A stretch of 50,836 bases of DNA, taken from contig JBILUI010000002.1 of assembly GCA_044371145.1 (NCBI GenBank), positions 1 to 50,836 on the forward strand. Direction: 5' to 3'. The position numbers and the translations under genes are program-made. This DNA is from Chthoniobacterales bacterium (GTDB taxonomy: Bacteria > Verrucomicrobiota > Verrucomicrobiia > Chthoniobacterales > JACTMZ01). Of the stretch, positions 21,851 to 32,114 are shown in pieces. Within the stretch, counting starts at the first letter, position 1, and the number at the start of each line of letters is the position of its first letter. Under the pieces are notes generated by a model that saw only the letters and a list, made by a program, of their open reading frames with translations, ran no database searches and had not been told where the DNA came from.

Positions 21851-24604
21851 CTAGCCCTCGGGAGCCGGTTCGGTCTGCTTTTTTACGCGGCGGATTTCTT
21901 TGACCGGTTGGGGAGCGGGGACAGTAGGGAGGGGCGCGACATCGGAGGCGGCGAGTGGCTCGACGGAATATTCACCGGTTTCCTCGTTGAAGGTGAATCG
22001 GTGCGGTCCTTCGGCCGCGGTCTCGATCTTGATGGTCTGGGCCATTTCGGCGGCAGTGCCGCGCGCCGGGATGGCAGCATGGTTCGCCGTGTCGTCTCCC
22101 CACTGCTTCTCGAGCGATCCATCGGCAATGAAGACAAACTCGAGACGTTGGCGCGGCTCGAGGTCGACGTCCGCTTGCCACGTAAAGTCGGATACCATGT
22201 GCATGGGGTCGCCGTTGCGGCTGTAGCCGTTGAAGTCGCCCATGATGTTGAGGCGGCCGAAGCGGCTCGCCGCTTTTTTCTCGAAGCGGTAGCGCAGGGT
22301 GCGGTCGTTGAAGGACAGGATGTAGTCACCGTTGAGCGGGCCGGCGACAGTGATGGGCGCGCCTTCTTCCGTCGCGGTCCCGGACACCGGCATGACCCCG
22401 GGTTCAAGCCCTGTGCTGCCGTATTCGCGTCCGCTGACCGGATCGACGATCTTGAACTGGATATTTTGTCCGTTGGCAAAGCCCAACTCGCATTGCCAGA
22501 TGTGATCCTCAACCAGACCCATACGCATGCCGTCGTTCGAGGGATCCCAAGGTTTTTCCGTGAAATTGGCGGCAACGACGAGTTGCTTCGAATCTGACTG
22601 CAGCGCGACTTCCTCGAATTGCGGTTCTGTCTCGGCAGATGTGTCTTCTTCTTCAGCTGCGCTCTCAGCGGTCGCCGCGGCTTGCGAGGATCCGTGCGTC
22701 TCGTCCCATTCGTCCTGCAACTCGGCGAGGTCAACCACGGAGGGCTCGACTTTGGTCAGGCCGAAAATTTGCGCGCTGTAGGGCGCGAGACTGATAGCAA
22801 TCTTTTGCGTGGCGTCGGTGCGCAGGCTTTTCGTGGTCACTCCGGTGAATTCGCGCCCGTATTTCGGGTCGTCGGTGTTGAGCAGGATATTCCACTCGCC
22901 CGCCTTGGGAAAAGTGATGGGGACATTCTCGATCGGCTCTCCCGAAAAATTGACAACCACGTAGATGTCGTCCTTAGGGCGCCCGGGCATATACCGGCGG
23001 TAGGCGATAAGCTTGCGGCTCTCGTCGGTGCGGACCACGCGCGTGTGCGTGCCGGTGAGGGCCGCGCTGCGGTTGTCCAGATTGCGGCGCAGGTGGACGA
23101 GATCTTTCATAAGTTGGAAGGCGTGAAAGGCGTCCGGCCCGCGCTGCCAGTCGAGCGGGTTGCTGTCGTGGAATTCCTTATCCTCGAGGAGGTCCTGTCC
23201 CATGAAAACAAGCGGCACGCCGGGCGAGGTGAGGGTGATCACGGCCGCGAGAGCCGCTTTGCGCCGCGCCACCAGACTGTGCGGCTCGTTCTCGTCGACA
23301 TCGGTGACGATGCGCCGCTTGCCGTTGAGCCGCCCGGTCTCATCGTGATTTTCGGTGTAGATGACGCGGCGGAAACCGAGTTCCGAGTCGATGCGCCGCG
23401 CGATATCCTCGACCTGCTTGGCCGCATCCGAGCTTTTCACGAGTTGCGGCACGACTCCGCCGCCGTCGCCGTGGTGGAAGGCGTATTCCCACGAGCTGTC
23501 GAAGCGCGGATCGCCGACCGAATCTTCGGCCACGCTGATTTTGCCCGGATATTCCTGGCGGATCATCTTGGCCAAACGGTGAAGCATGCGCTCGCCATCC
23601 GGATTAACCTCCGCACCGTTGTTATAGGCGCGGATGTTGACCGTGGAGTCCCAGCGCAGTCCGTCGATTTTGTATTCGTCAAACCACATACGCACCTGGT
23701 CGGCGATGAACTCCCGGACCTCCGCCCTGCTGAAGTCGGGACGCGGGCCCCAGGGTGTGCTGCCGCGCTCCTCGTCCTCGTAAAAATAGACGCCGGCTTT
23801 GGTGTCGCCGCCACCGTGGCCGTCGAACTGCCACATGCTGAGGTTATCGGGCCCATAGTGATTGTGGACGATATCCATGTGCACGGCGATGCCACGCTCG
23901 TGCGCCGCCTTGACGAACTCCTTGAGCGCATCGGGGCCGCCGTAGGTGTTTTCGATGGCGAACTGGTCGCTCGGGTTGTAGCCCCAGCTGTGCCGGCCCG
24001 GGAACTCGTTGACGGGCATGAGCAGAACGCAGTTCACGCCCATTTCTTTGAGGTGATCAAGCTTGGTGACGGCATCGCGCAGGGTGGCCGGTTCGCCATC
24101 GCCGGGAGTCGGGTCGAAAAAAGTTCCCGGATGCATCTGGTAGATGACGATGTCCTTGAGCAGCGCGACGGATTCGCGCTTGGCGGTGTCACCCCAATCG
24201 AACGCTGTCGTGTCATAAACAACGCTGTTTTTTTCGTCCTTGCTGACCTGTCGGGCGCGCGGGTCGCGCCGGGTCAATTCACCGTTGATAAGGTAAAGGT
24301 ATTCGTCGCCCGGCTTGGCGTCGCGGACATCGGCTGACCACACGCCGCTCTTGCCCTCCTTCTTCAGCGGGTCGCGTTTGCCGTCCCAATCGTTGAAGCT
24401 GCCGATGACGGAAACCGACTCGGCGTTGGGCGCCCAGACGCGAAAGGTGACTCCTTTGCTTTGGCCGCCGCTTTTGTCGACCATGGCGCCGAGTTTGCCC
24501 GGGAAGTTCCCCGACTGGGCGACGGCGGAGGGGGTGAAGCACGCGACGACGAGGACCGCCGCGAGGAGTGGCGTCCAGCAGAGCGACCGGCGGCGGAACA
24601 TCAT
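21851..24604 (-). CDS. Secreted GH13-family alpha-glucan-active enzyme with N-terminal CBM48-like module and C-terminal carbohydrate-binding-like repeats
   Basis: Signal peptide MMFRRRSLCWTPLLAAVLVVACFTPSAVA. GVTFRVWAPNAESVSVIGSFNDWD (CBM48/E-set). GH13 motifs VHMDIVHNH, IDGLRWD, SVAEDS, YTENHDE. An acidic linker, then two beta-sandwich-like repeats. Confidence 0.85.
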   Translation of the reverse strand: MMFRRRSLCWTPLLAAVLVVACFTPSAVAQSGNFPGKLGAMVDKSGGQSKGVTFRVWAPNAESVSVIGSFNDWDGKRDPLKKEGKSGVWSADVRDAKPGDEYLYLINGELTRRDPRARQVSKDEKNSVVYDTTAFDWGDTAKRESVALLKDIVIYQMHPGTFFDPTPGDGEPATLRDAVTKLDHLKEMGVNCVLLMPVNEFPGRHSWGYNPSDQFAIENTYGGPDALKEFVKAAHERGIAVHMDIVHNHYGPDNLSMWQFDGHGGGDTKAGVYFYEDEERGSTPWGPRPDFSRAEVREFIADQVRMWFDEYKIDGLRWDSTVNIRAYNNGAEVNPDGERMLHRLAKMIRQEYPGKISVAEDSVGDPRFDSSWEYAFHHGDGGGVVPQLVKSSDAAKQVEDIARRIDSELGFRRVIYTENHDETGRLNGKRRIVTDVDENEPHSLVARRKAALAAVITLTSPGVPLVFMGQDLLEDKEFHDSNPLDWQRGPDAFHAFQLMKDLVHLRRNLDNRSAALTGTHTRVVRTDESRKLIAYRRYMPGRPKDDIYVVVNFSGEPIENVPITFPKAGEWNILLNTDDPKYGREFTGVTTKSLRTDATQKIAISLAPYSAQIFGLTKVEPSVVDLAELQDEWDETHGSSQAAATAESAAEEEDTSAETEPQFEEVALQSDSKQLVVAANFTEKPWDPSNDGMRMGLVEDHIWQCELGFANGQNIQFKIVDPVSGREYGSTGLEPGVMPVSGTATEEGAPITVAGPLNGDYILSFNDRTLRYRFEKKAASRFGRLNIMGDFNGYSRNGDPMHMVSDFTWQADVDLEPRQRLEFVFIADGSLEKQWGDDTANHAAIPARGTAAEMAQTIKIETAAEGPHRFTFNEETGEYSVEPLAASDVAPLPTVPAPQPVKEIRRVKKQTEPAPEG

Positions 24605-24672
24605 CACGGCATTTTGTTTACACGACGGTGAGAAACGAGCCAATCTTTCGCCCTCCCGCACCAAACTCCACC

Positions 24673-26628
24673 ATGTCTTCCGCGCATCCTACCGACCGCC
24701 ACGTGTACGATCGCGCGGCCAATCTGGCCGATCTTTACCGGTTGGTTGGCGAGGTTTACGCGGACCGGCCGGCTCTGGCTTGGAAGGAATCAGGCGAATA
24801 CCGGACGCTGAGCTTTCGGGAACTCTACGATCGCGGCGCGGCGTTGGGCACGGCCTTGATCGAGTTGGGGCTGCAACCGCGGGAGCATGTTGCCCTGCTG
24901 GCCGATAATCGTCCGGAGTGGCTGATCTGCGACTTTGCCATCCTGCTCTGCGGCGCGGCGGATGTTCCAAGGGCGGCCGATGTGACGGCGCAGGAGATTT
25001 CCTTCATCGTCGCGCACAGCGATTCGGTCATTGTCATCGCCGAAAATCCGTCTGTTCTGGCCAAGGTTCTCGAGGTGCGCGCGGCGCTGCCCAAGGTCAG
25101 GCAGATCATTTTGCTGCAAGGCGAGCCGCCGGCCGGCGAGGGCGTGCTGCTTTATGCGGACTTGCTGGAGCGCGGCCGACATCTGCGCGCAGCGGGCGAC
25201 CGCGTGCTGGAGGAACGAACGCAACAGGTCAGGGGAGGTGATCTTTTTACTCTTATTTACACCTCGGGGACGACGGGAACACCCAAGGGGGTGATGCTGA
25301 CCCACGACAACATGATGTCCCAGGTGAAATTCCTGCCCTTCCATCTCGATCCCGGCGACCGCGTGCTTTCCATCCTGCCCGTGTGGCACAGCTACGAGCG
25401 GGTCTTCGAAATGGTGTCGGTAAGCCGCGGTGCGTGCACTTATTACACAAGCATCCGCACCATCGCTGACGATTTACGCAAGGCGAGGCCGACATGGATG
25501 GCCTCTGCGCCGCGTCTTTGGGAGGGGCTCTACAACAAGATCCTGCAGAATGTCGCCGCGCAATCCCCGGTGAAGCGCGGCCTTTTCCGGGCGGCCTACC
25601 ACTGTTCGCGCGCTTTCCAACGCGCGCATTTTTTCCTCACCGGACGCCTGATCGACATGAAAGGCAGGTCGTGGTTGGAGTCCCTCGGTCTGGCTTTGAA
25701 GAGCGTCGCACAAATGGCGCTCTATTTTGTCCCTTACAAAATTCTCGACGGTCTCGTGCTGAAAAAATTGCGAGGCGTGGTCGGCGGGGAATTCAAGGGC
25801 ACCGTGTCGGGCGGTGGAGCACTGCCGCCGCATGTCGACGAGTTTTTCAATTACATCGGAATTCCGGTGCTCGAAGGCTACGGCATGACGGAGACATCGC
25901 CCGTGCTCGCGGTGCGCACGTGGCCAAAACTCGTCATCGGAACAGTCGGACCATCCTGGCCGCACACGGAGATCCGCATCGTTGATCCTTCCGACGGCAG
26001 AGTGATCTATCCGTCGGGGGTTCTCGGCAAAGGGGGGCGGGGGATCAAAGGTGAGATCCACGCGCGTGGCCCGCAGGTCATGCGGGGCTATTACAAGAAT
26101 CCGGAAGCCACGGAGAAAGTGCTGCGTGACGGGTGGATGAACACGGGCGACCTCGGCATGGTGACATTCAACGACTGCCTGAAAATCCTCGGCCGCTCGA
26201 AGGAAACGATCGTTCTGCTCAACGGTGAAAACGTCGAACCGGTGCCGATCGAGGCGCAATTGCTCGAGTCGCGCTTCATCGAGCAGTGCATGATTGTCGG
26301 ACAGGACGAGAAACATCTCGGCGCGCTCATTGTGCCGTCGCTGGAAGCACTCAAGGGGCAGGGGTTCAACTTTGCCGGCCTTGGCGACGCGGAGGGTGAT
26401 GCGCGCGTGACGGATATCGTCAACAGCGAAATCAAGCGGCTCGTCTCCCGCGAAGCGGGGTTCAAGCCGTTCGAATTCGTCCTCGGATGGCGTTTCGTGC
26501 CGAAGGCCTTCGAGGTCGGAGACGAGCTCACGGCAACATTCAAACACCGGCGCCATGTCATCACCGAGAAATATGCCGGTCTGATCGACTCTATCTTCGA
26601 GAATTCGCGCGGCGGGCGCCGTCACTGA
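24673..26628 (+). CDS. AMP-dependent synthetase / long-chain fatty-acid-CoA ligase
   Basis: AMP-binding motif LIYTSGTTGTPKGVMLTH. GYGMTETS, TGDLG, and the C-terminal ...TATFKHRR typical of FadD-like ligases. Confidence 0.9.
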   Translation: MSSAHPTDRHVYDRAANLADLYRLVGEVYADRPALAWKESGEYRTLSFRELYDRGAALGTALIELGLQPREHVALLADNRPEWLICDFAILLCGAADVPRAADVTAQEISFIVAHSDSVIVIAENPSVLAKVLEVRAALPKVRQIILLQGEPPAGEGVLLYADLLERGRHLRAAGDRVLEERTQQVRGGDLFTLIYTSGTTGTPKGVMLTHDNMMSQVKFLPFHLDPGDRVLSILPVWHSYERVFEMVSVSRGACTYYTSIRTIADDLRKARPTWMASAPRLWEGLYNKILQNVAAQSPVKRGLFRAAYHCSRAFQRAHFFLTGRLIDMKGRSWLESLGLALKSVAQMALYFVPYKILDGLVLKKLRGVVGGEFKGTVSGGGALPPHVDEFFNYIGIPVLEGYGMTETSPVLAVRTWPKLVIGTVGPSWPHTEIRIVDPSDGRVIYPSGVLGKGGRGIKGEIHARGPQVMRGYYKNPEATEKVLRDGWMNTGDLGMVTFNDCLKILGRSKETIVLLNGENVEPVPIEAQLLESRFIEQCMIVGQDEKHLGALIVPSLEALKGQGFNFAGLGDAEGDARVTDIVNSEIKRLVSREAGFKPFEFVLGWRFVPKAFEVGDELTATFKHRRHVITEKYAGLIDSIFENSRGGRRH

Positions 26629-26631
26629 GGA

Positions 26632-27411
26632 TCAGCGCTTCGGCAGGTGTTCGCGGCAAAACTCCTCACCGGAATCGCTGACGCGAAAGTCCAGATCCGG
26701 ATCGGAGAGTTCGGTTCGTCCGCAGGACGCGCAACGATGCAAGGTGCTCTCGGTCTGCGCGGATTTGAAACGATTCAATTTTTTCGCGTTCCGCCGTGTG
26801 GTCCAGCGCCCGCGGATGGACGCAGGCCCGAAGAATAGCAAGTAGTTGGCCAGTGATGCCGCCATGGCCATTTTGGCCGAGACGGGGAGAACAAGGAATT
26901 GCAGTCCGAAAATGCCGGCCATGACCCACGCGATGTATTTGATTTTCACCCGCGCGATGAAAAAGAGGAAAACTTCGTAGTCCGGCGCGATCGTGGCGAA
27001 GGCGAAAAAGAGCGACAGATTGAGGAAGGTGTTCGACGGGCCGCCGCCGAAGAAAAAAGCGGCCACGGTGCAACCCGCCATTCCGAGAAGGTAGAAAACG
27101 TTGAGCTTCAGAGGACCCCACATGTCCTCCAGCATGGTGGAAAGAAACCAGAGGAAGAGAAGAGCGAAGAGAATCCAAAAAACACTACGCGTCTCCGGCA
27201 CGAAGATGTAGGTGACCAGACGCCAGACTTCGCCCTGCATAATCTTTGCCGCATCGAGCGAAAGCACGTCGCCGTAAGCCGGATTGGCCGTGACAAGGAG
27301 AAAGGTGAGCGCGTTGAGCAACACAACGGCCTTGAGGAGGCCCGGGGTCCCGAGCCACGGAAACCAACGCGCGAGGAAACCCCAAATTTTTCCTTCGTCC
27401 CGCGAGGTCAT
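26632..27411 (-). CDS. Rhomboid-like polytopic membrane protein (no obvious catalytic Ser) with C-terminal Cys-rich tail
   Basis: GEVWRLVTYIFVP resembles the rhomboid WR..T..F.H motif. There are six or more hydrophobic segments. I see no GxSG. The tail reads HRCASCGRTELSDPDLDFRVSDSGEEFCREH. Confidence 0.5.
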   Translation of the reverse strand: MTSRDEGKIWGFLARWFPWLGTPGLLKAVVLLNALTFLLVTANPAYGDVLSLDAAKIMQGEVWRLVTYIFVPETRSVFWILFALLFLWFLSTMLEDMWGPLKLNVFYLLGMAGCTVAAFFFGGGPSNTFLNLSLFFAFATIAPDYEVFLFFIARVKIKYIAWVMAGIFGLQFLVLPVSAKMAMAASLANYLLFFGPASIRGRWTTRRNAKKLNRFKSAQTESTLHRCASCGRTELSDPDLDFRVSDSGEEFCREHLPKR

Positions 27412-27758
27412 GAGTCGGACGGCTTGGCCTGCCAGGGCCAGCGCCCGTTGATTTCCAGCTCGAGCGAGAAGCTGAGGAAGGTGCGGATGACCACGATGGC
27501 GCCGAGCACAGCCATGTTCTCCAAAGTGGGCGCGACGGCGACGGTTTTGATGATGTCACCGGCGACAAGCAACTCCAGGCCGAGAAGAATGGCGCGGCCA
27601 AGATTCTGCCGATAGGCCATGTAGCGGTCGAGGCCGGGCGGAGGCGCCTTGAGGAGGGCTTGAACCGTGGCGGTCAGAATTCCCACCACGATCACGGCGA
27701 CGCCCGCGGCATCCACGAACATGCCGACCTGCTCCATGGTTTGCTGGAATGGGTTCAT
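27408..27758 (-). CDS. DUF1622-family small membrane protein
   Basis: FVDAAGVAVIVVGIL..., RQNLGRAILLGLELLVAGDIIKTV..., VLGAIVVIRTFLSFSLELE. Shares a 4-nt overlap with the downstream gene. Confidence 0.75.
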   Translation of the reverse strand: MNPFQQTMEQVGMFVDAAGVAVIVVGILTATVQALLKAPPPGLDRYMAYRQNLGRAILLGLELLVAGDIIKTVAVAPTLENMAVLGAIVVIRTFLSFSLELEINGRWPWQAKPSDS

Positions 27759-27858
27759 CGTTGCGGAAGGGTGAACGGGTCGCTATCCGGGCACAAGCGC
27801 GCAAGAGGGCGGTTCTGCAGGCTCGCTCGGGAGCCTCCGGGTTGTCATCGTTCAGCGT

Positions 27859-28329
27859 ATGGGTGTCGAAACCGAGCGCAAATTCCTCGTCACGGACGAG
27901 TCTTGGCGCGAGCAGGCGCACGAGACGCGCACCTTGCGGCAGGGTTATTTGGCCATCGACGGGTCGACCATTGTGCGGGTCCGGACTGACGGCAAAGCCG
28001 CCTGGGTCACGATTAAGGGCGGGCAGGAAGGCCTCACGCGACCGGAATTCGAATACTCCGTGCCGGCCGAGGACGCCGAAGCCTTGCTCGCACTATGCGG
28101 CGGCCGGTTGGTCGAGAAGATCAGGCATTTAGTGAGGTTTGGCGGGAAGTTATGGGAGGTCGACCAGTTCATGGGAGCAAACGAGGGGCTAGTGGTGGCG
28201 GAGGTGGAACTGTCTGGAGCAGACGAGGCTTTCAGCCGTCCGAACTGGCTTGGGGCGGAGGTTTCGGGAGATCCGCGATACCTGAACGCGAACCTAAGTC
28301 TCAGGCCTTACACAGGCTGGGTGCCATAG
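27859..28329 (+). CDS. CYTH-domain protein (triphosphate tunnel metalloenzyme)
   Basis: The N-terminal ETERKFLV (ExExK) signature. RQGYL, VRVR, and EFEY...E.E strands. Confidence 0.85.
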   Translation: MGVETERKFLVTDESWREQAHETRTLRQGYLAIDGSTIVRVRTDGKAAWVTIKGGQEGLTRPEFEYSVPAEDAEALLALCGGRLVEKIRHLVRFGGKLWEVDQFMGANEGLVVAEVELSGADEAFSRPNWLGAEVSGDPRYLNANLSLRPYTGWVP

Positions 28330-28428
28330 CTGGAAAGGATGAAAGCAGGTGGCGCAACAGTGTTCGTAAGTATACATGACATATATTGTATGGACTTATT
28401 GCTAAGGGCCTGACGCAGTCCTCTGAGA

Positions 28429-29307
28429 CTACTTTTTGCCCACGTAGCGAGTCTGAACGTAGTCGGCCACGGCCTGCTGCCAGGGCCGCATCGGACGCCC
28501 CAATAGTTCCTCGATGCGCCGGCAAGTCATGCTGGTATGGACCGGCCGCCGCGCGACCATGGCCGATATATCAGCCAAGCGTAGAGGCTCGGGCTTGGGT
28601 CCCGGCGCCAAGATTCCGGCTTGCTCGGCGACGGCCATAGCCTCGGCCGCCCAGTCCAACCATGTGCAGATCCCGGAATTGCAGACGTGATAAATCCCGC
28701 CCGGCGCACCGGGATCCATCAAGACTTTCAGCGCCGCGCCGATATCCGCCGTATAGGACGGAGACGACCACTTGTCGGCCACTGCTTTGACCGGCTCGCC
28801 GCGCATGGCGGTTTGCAGGGCCTTGTCGACAAAACTGTCGCGGTCCGGCCCGAAGACCCACGAAACCCGCACCACTGCATGGCGCGCGTCGGCATCCATA
28901 ACAGCGCGTTCCCCGGCCCATTTCGTCTCGCCATACCATGACACTGGAGCCGGCTCGTCATCCTCGGTGTATGGTGTCTTTTTCTCCCCGGAAAAAACGT
29001 AGTCCGTGCTGATATGAATCAAGCGAGCCCCGACGTCGGTCGCGGCCTTCGCTACAGCTCCCGGGGCCGTGGCATTGACTAGCTCGGCCTTGGCGCGTTC
29101 CTTTTCGCATTCGTCCACATTGGTCATGGCGGCCGAGTTGATGACGATGTCGGGCGCGGCCTGCCGGATCATGTTTGCCACATTGTCCGGGTCACCAAGA
29201 TCGGCTGTCTGGCGCCCCCACGCGATGACCTCGTGATCTGCCGCGTAGTCGCGGGCCAAAGCGGCACCGAGGCGTCCGCCCGCACCAAGGATAACAATTC
29301 GCGCCAT
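28429..29307 (-). CDS. rfbD: dTDP-4-dehydrorhamnose reductase
   Basis: MARIVILGAGGRLG (Rossmann), INSAAMTNVDECE, HISTDYVFSG, YGETKWAGE. The start is set at Met 29307. Confidence 0.85.
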   Translation of the reverse strand: MARIVILGAGGRLGAALARDYAADHEVIAWGRQTADLGDPDNVANMIRQAAPDIVINSAAMTNVDECEKERAKAELVNATAPGAVAKAATDVGARLIHISTDYVFSGEKKTPYTEDDEPAPVSWYGETKWAGERAVMDADARHAVVRVSWVFGPDRDSFVDKALQTAMRGEPVKAVADKWSSPSYTADIGAALKVLMDPGAPGGIYHVCNSGICTWLDWAAEAMAVAEQAGILAPGPKPEPLRLADISAMVARRPVHTSMTCRRIEELLGRPMRPWQQAVADYVQTRYVGKK

Positions 29308-29327
29308 GGATTCCCCTCGCCCTGCGG

Positions 29328-29975
29328 CTACTTCACCACGGGGCTCAGGCCCCCGATCATAAAGGCGGTCATTTCCTCCTCGAGGAGGTCGAACTGTTTG
29401 CTCTCGGAACGCGTGCGCAGGAACCAATCCATGCTGTCGTGCATCAGTCTGACACCGAGCACCGTGGCGAAGGCGCAGAAGAACCGGGCGTAGACCTGCT
29501 GCGAGGCAAGCCCCGGAAAAGTGCGCTGCAATTCGTCGTGATAGAAGTCGATGACGTTCTGATAAAAAACTTTGTGGATGTGGGAAAAACGGTGCGGATC
29601 ATCGATGAGCATCTGTGCAACGAGGCGCACCATGATGGCGCGGTTGCCCTTGCTCTGCCGCAACGCTTTGAACATCGGGTCGATGAGCGCGGCGACAAGT
29701 TCGGTCACCGGGATGGGATTTCTGCCGTGCTTGTCCTTAAGATTTTTCAAACGCAGGATGCGCTCGTTGTTGATCGGCGTGAGGCGCCGGTCGGCCATGG
29801 CGTGAATAAGTTTGTCCTTCGAGCCGAAGTGATAGTTGACCGCGGCGAGGTTCACGCCGGCGAGCAAAGTCACCTCGCGCAAGGACATGCCGTGGAAACC
29901 GCTCGCCGCGTAGATGCGCTCGGCGGCTTTGAGGATTCTTTCGCGCGTGCTGTCGAGGGAGGCTTTTTTCGGCAT
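29328..29975 (-). CDS. TetR/AcrR-family transcriptional regulator
   Basis: RERILKAAERIYAASGFHGMSLREVTLLAGVNLAAVNYHFGSKDKL is a TetR HTH. Confidence 0.9.
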   Translation of the reverse strand: MPKKASLDSTRERILKAAERIYAASGFHGMSLREVTLLAGVNLAAVNYHFGSKDKLIHAMADRRLTPINNERILRLKNLKDKHGRNPIPVTELVAALIDPMFKALRQSKGNRAIMVRLVAQMLIDDPHRFSHIHKVFYQNVIDFYHDELQRTFPGLASQQVYARFFCAFATVLGVRLMHDSMDWFLRTRSESKQFDLLEEEMTAFMIGGLSPVVK

Positions 29976-29976
29976 A

Positions 29977-29987
29977 CGTTTTAAACG
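29977..29987. promoter_or_regulatory. Small palindrome CGTTT-T-AAACG next to the TetR start codon (possible operator)
   Basis: Palindrome with 5-nt arms, located in the TetR/pdxH divergent intergenic region. This is a short motif and could be chance. Confidence 0.2.
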
Positions 29988-30084
29988 GACAATTGAACTG
30001 CTGCGGGCCTTCTCGTCAACTCCGGTCTGGGCGAGCGGGGCAAAAGTGGCTGACGCCCCCGCGCGCCGGCCCTAAGTTCAGGGC

Positions 30085-30735
30085 ATGTCCACCGCGCGCC
30101 ATTCCGACGTCGCTGCCTTGCGCCGCGAATACACGCGTCAGGGTTTGCGCCGCACCGATCTCGCTCCGGATCCCATCGCCCAATTCCGCCAATGGTTCGG
30201 CGAGGCTACCTCCGCGGAGTTGGTCGAACCCAACGCCATGGTGCTGGGGACGACGGACGGAAAGCGGCCGAGTTCGCGCACTGTCCTGCTCAAGGCTTAC
30301 GACGAGCGCGGTTTTGTCTTTTTCACCAACTACGAGAGCCGCAAAGCGCAGGAGATCGCGGAAAACCCCGACGCGAGCCTGCTCTTTCCGTGGTATCCAC
30401 TTGAGCGCCAGGTCGGGATTCTCGGGCGCGCCGAACGGATCAGTGCCGCGGAGTCACTGGCCTATTTTGCCTCGCGTCCGCACGGTAGCCGTCTCGGGGC
30501 TTGGGTTTCGCAGCAAAGCACCGTGATCAGTTCCCGGCAATTTCTCGAAATGAAATGGGACGAGATGAAGCGGAAATTCGCCGATGGAGAGGTTCCCCTG
30601 CCCTCTTTTTGGGGCGGGATACGCGTGGTTCCGACAGAGATCGAGTTCTGGCAGGGGCGGGAAAACCGACTCCACGACCGGTTCCGCTACACGCGGTCGG
30701 GCGATGTTTGGACCATCGAGCGGCTGTCCCCGTGA
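30085..30735 (+). CDS. pdxH: Pyridoxamine 5'-phosphate oxidase
   Basis: [54 protein letters not shown]. Confidence 0.95.
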   Translation: MSTARHSDVAALRREYTRQGLRRTDLAPDPIAQFRQWFGEATSAELVEPNAMVLGTTDGKRPSSRTVLLKAYDERGFVFFTNYESRKAQEIAENPDASLLFPWYPLERQVGILGRAERISAAESLAYFASRPHGSRLGAWVSQQSTVISSRQFLEMKWDEMKRKFADGEVPLPSFWGGIRVVPTEIEFWQGRENRLHDRFRYTRSGDVWTIERLSP

Positions 30736-30787
30736 GGCCGAGTCTCGACGGCGAGCGGCCGTCCCACTAAATTCCGCGGCTCAATTT

Positions 30788-32011
30788 ATGGCCACAAGCA
30801 AAGCTCCCGTCGGCAACATGGTTATCGCCCAAAGCGGCGGACCGACCATGGTGATCAACCAAAGTCTCATCGGTGCCGTCCTCGAGGCGAAAAGGCACAA
30901 GCAGATCAAAAACATTTACGGCTCCCTGCACGGCATCGCCGGAATCCTCGGGGAAAACTTCATCGATCTGCGGAAGGAGAGCGCGGCGACGCTCGAGGCA
31001 GTGGCCAAGACCCCGTCGTCCGGCCTCGGGTCGGTGCGGAAGAAGCCGACCAAGGAAGACTGCTTGGCTATCTTCAAAGTCCTGCAGAAATATGACGTCC
31101 GTTACTTTTTCTACATCGGCGGCAACGACACAGCGGAGACCACGCACATCATCAACGAGGAAGCCAAGGCGAACCACTATCCGCTACAGTGCTTCCACAT
31201 TCCCAAGACGATCGACAACGATCTCAAGGAGAATGATCACACGCCCGGCTTCGGCAGCGGTGCGCGCTTCGTCGCCGAGGCGTTCATGGGCGACAATCTC
31301 GATAATCGCGCCCTTCCCGGGGTGAAGATCAACATCATCATGGGTCGTCATGCCGGGTTTCTCACCGCGGCGGCCGCGCTGGCCCGTATCTATCCGGACG
31401 ACGGTCCGCATCTTGTCTATTTACCCGAGCGTCCGTTCGACGAAGACAAGTTCGCCAAGGACGTCGAGCGGGTTTACGAGAAGCTCGGACGCTGCGTTGT
31501 CGCGGTCTCGGAAGGCATTTGCGACAAAAACGGCACGGCCATCGCGGCCAAGCTGAGCAAGGAAGTCGACTCGCACGGCAATGTGCAATTGAGCGGTTCT
31601 GGGGCGCTCGGCGATTTACTCTCGGGCATCATCAAAGGCAAAACGAAGATTTCCCGCGTCCGCGCCGACACCTTCGGCTATTTGCAGCGATCCTTCCCGG
31701 ACATCGCCTCGTCGGTCGATTCCGCCGAAGCGCGCGAAGTCGGCAAACTGGCGGTGAAGCACGCGGTGGCGGGCAAAAAGCAGAGCGGTTCAGTCACCAT
31801 CAATTGCAAAGCCGGCAAGAAATACGCACCGTCCTACGGATTGGTCGAGTTGCGGCAGGTTTCCAAAGAAACCCGCCACATGCCCGACAAATTCATCAAC
31901 AAGGACGCGAACGACGTCACACCGGCCTTCATTGCTTACGCCAAGCCTCTGGTCGGGAAACTGCCCGAGATCGGACGGTTCAAAGGCGTGAGAGTGAAGA
32001 AAGTGCGGTAA
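30788..32011 (+). CDS. pfp: Pyrophosphate-dependent 6-phosphofructokinase (PFK group B2-like)
   Basis: IAQSGGPT.VIN, YFFYIGGNDTAET, IPKTIDNDL, MGRHAGFL. The start is at Met 30788. The upstream track extension overlaps pdxH. Confidence 0.85.
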   Translation: MATSKAPVGNMVIAQSGGPTMVINQSLIGAVLEAKRHKQIKNIYGSLHGIAGILGENFIDLRKESAATLEAVAKTPSSGLGSVRKKPTKEDCLAIFKVLQKYDVRYFFYIGGNDTAETTHIINEEAKANHYPLQCFHIPKTIDNDLKENDHTPGFGSGARFVAEAFMGDNLDNRALPGVKINIIMGRHAGFLTAAAALARIYPDDGPHLVYLPERPFDEDKFAKDVERVYEKLGRCVVAVSEGICDKNGTAIAAKLSKEVDSHGNVQLSGSGALGDLLSGIIKGKTKISRVRADTFGYLQRSFPDIASSVDSAEAREVGKLAVKHAVAGKKQSGSVTINCKAGKKYAPSYGLVELRQVSKETRHMPDKFINKDANDVTPAFIAYAKPLVGKLPEIGRFKGVRVKKVR

Positions 32012-32092
32012 GTAGACAAACTTGAGGGGTCGCAGAGACCACGGAAAGGGCAAGTTGCTTCGCGCCGTCCGGGCGCCATGTTCGCGTCGAGA

Positions 32093-32114
32093 ATCGCGAT
32101 CGGGGCATCGCGAT
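32093..32114. repeat. ATCGCGAT-N6-ATCGCGAT hairpin motif (copy 1)
   Basis: See 50124-50145. It is preceded by the hairpin GCGCC-GTCCG-GGCGC at about 32062-32076. That mirrors the GCGCCG-TCC-CGGCGC hairpin at 50092-50106. Confidence 0.7.

Noticed and set aside
28340-28420. AT-rich patch (gtaagtatacatgacatatattgtatggacttattgc) between the convergent CYTH and rfbD genes
   Set aside because: It is compositionally odd for this genome, but it is short. It has only weak inverted symmetry and no ORF or repeat partner in the window. It is probably just a convergent terminator or spacer region.
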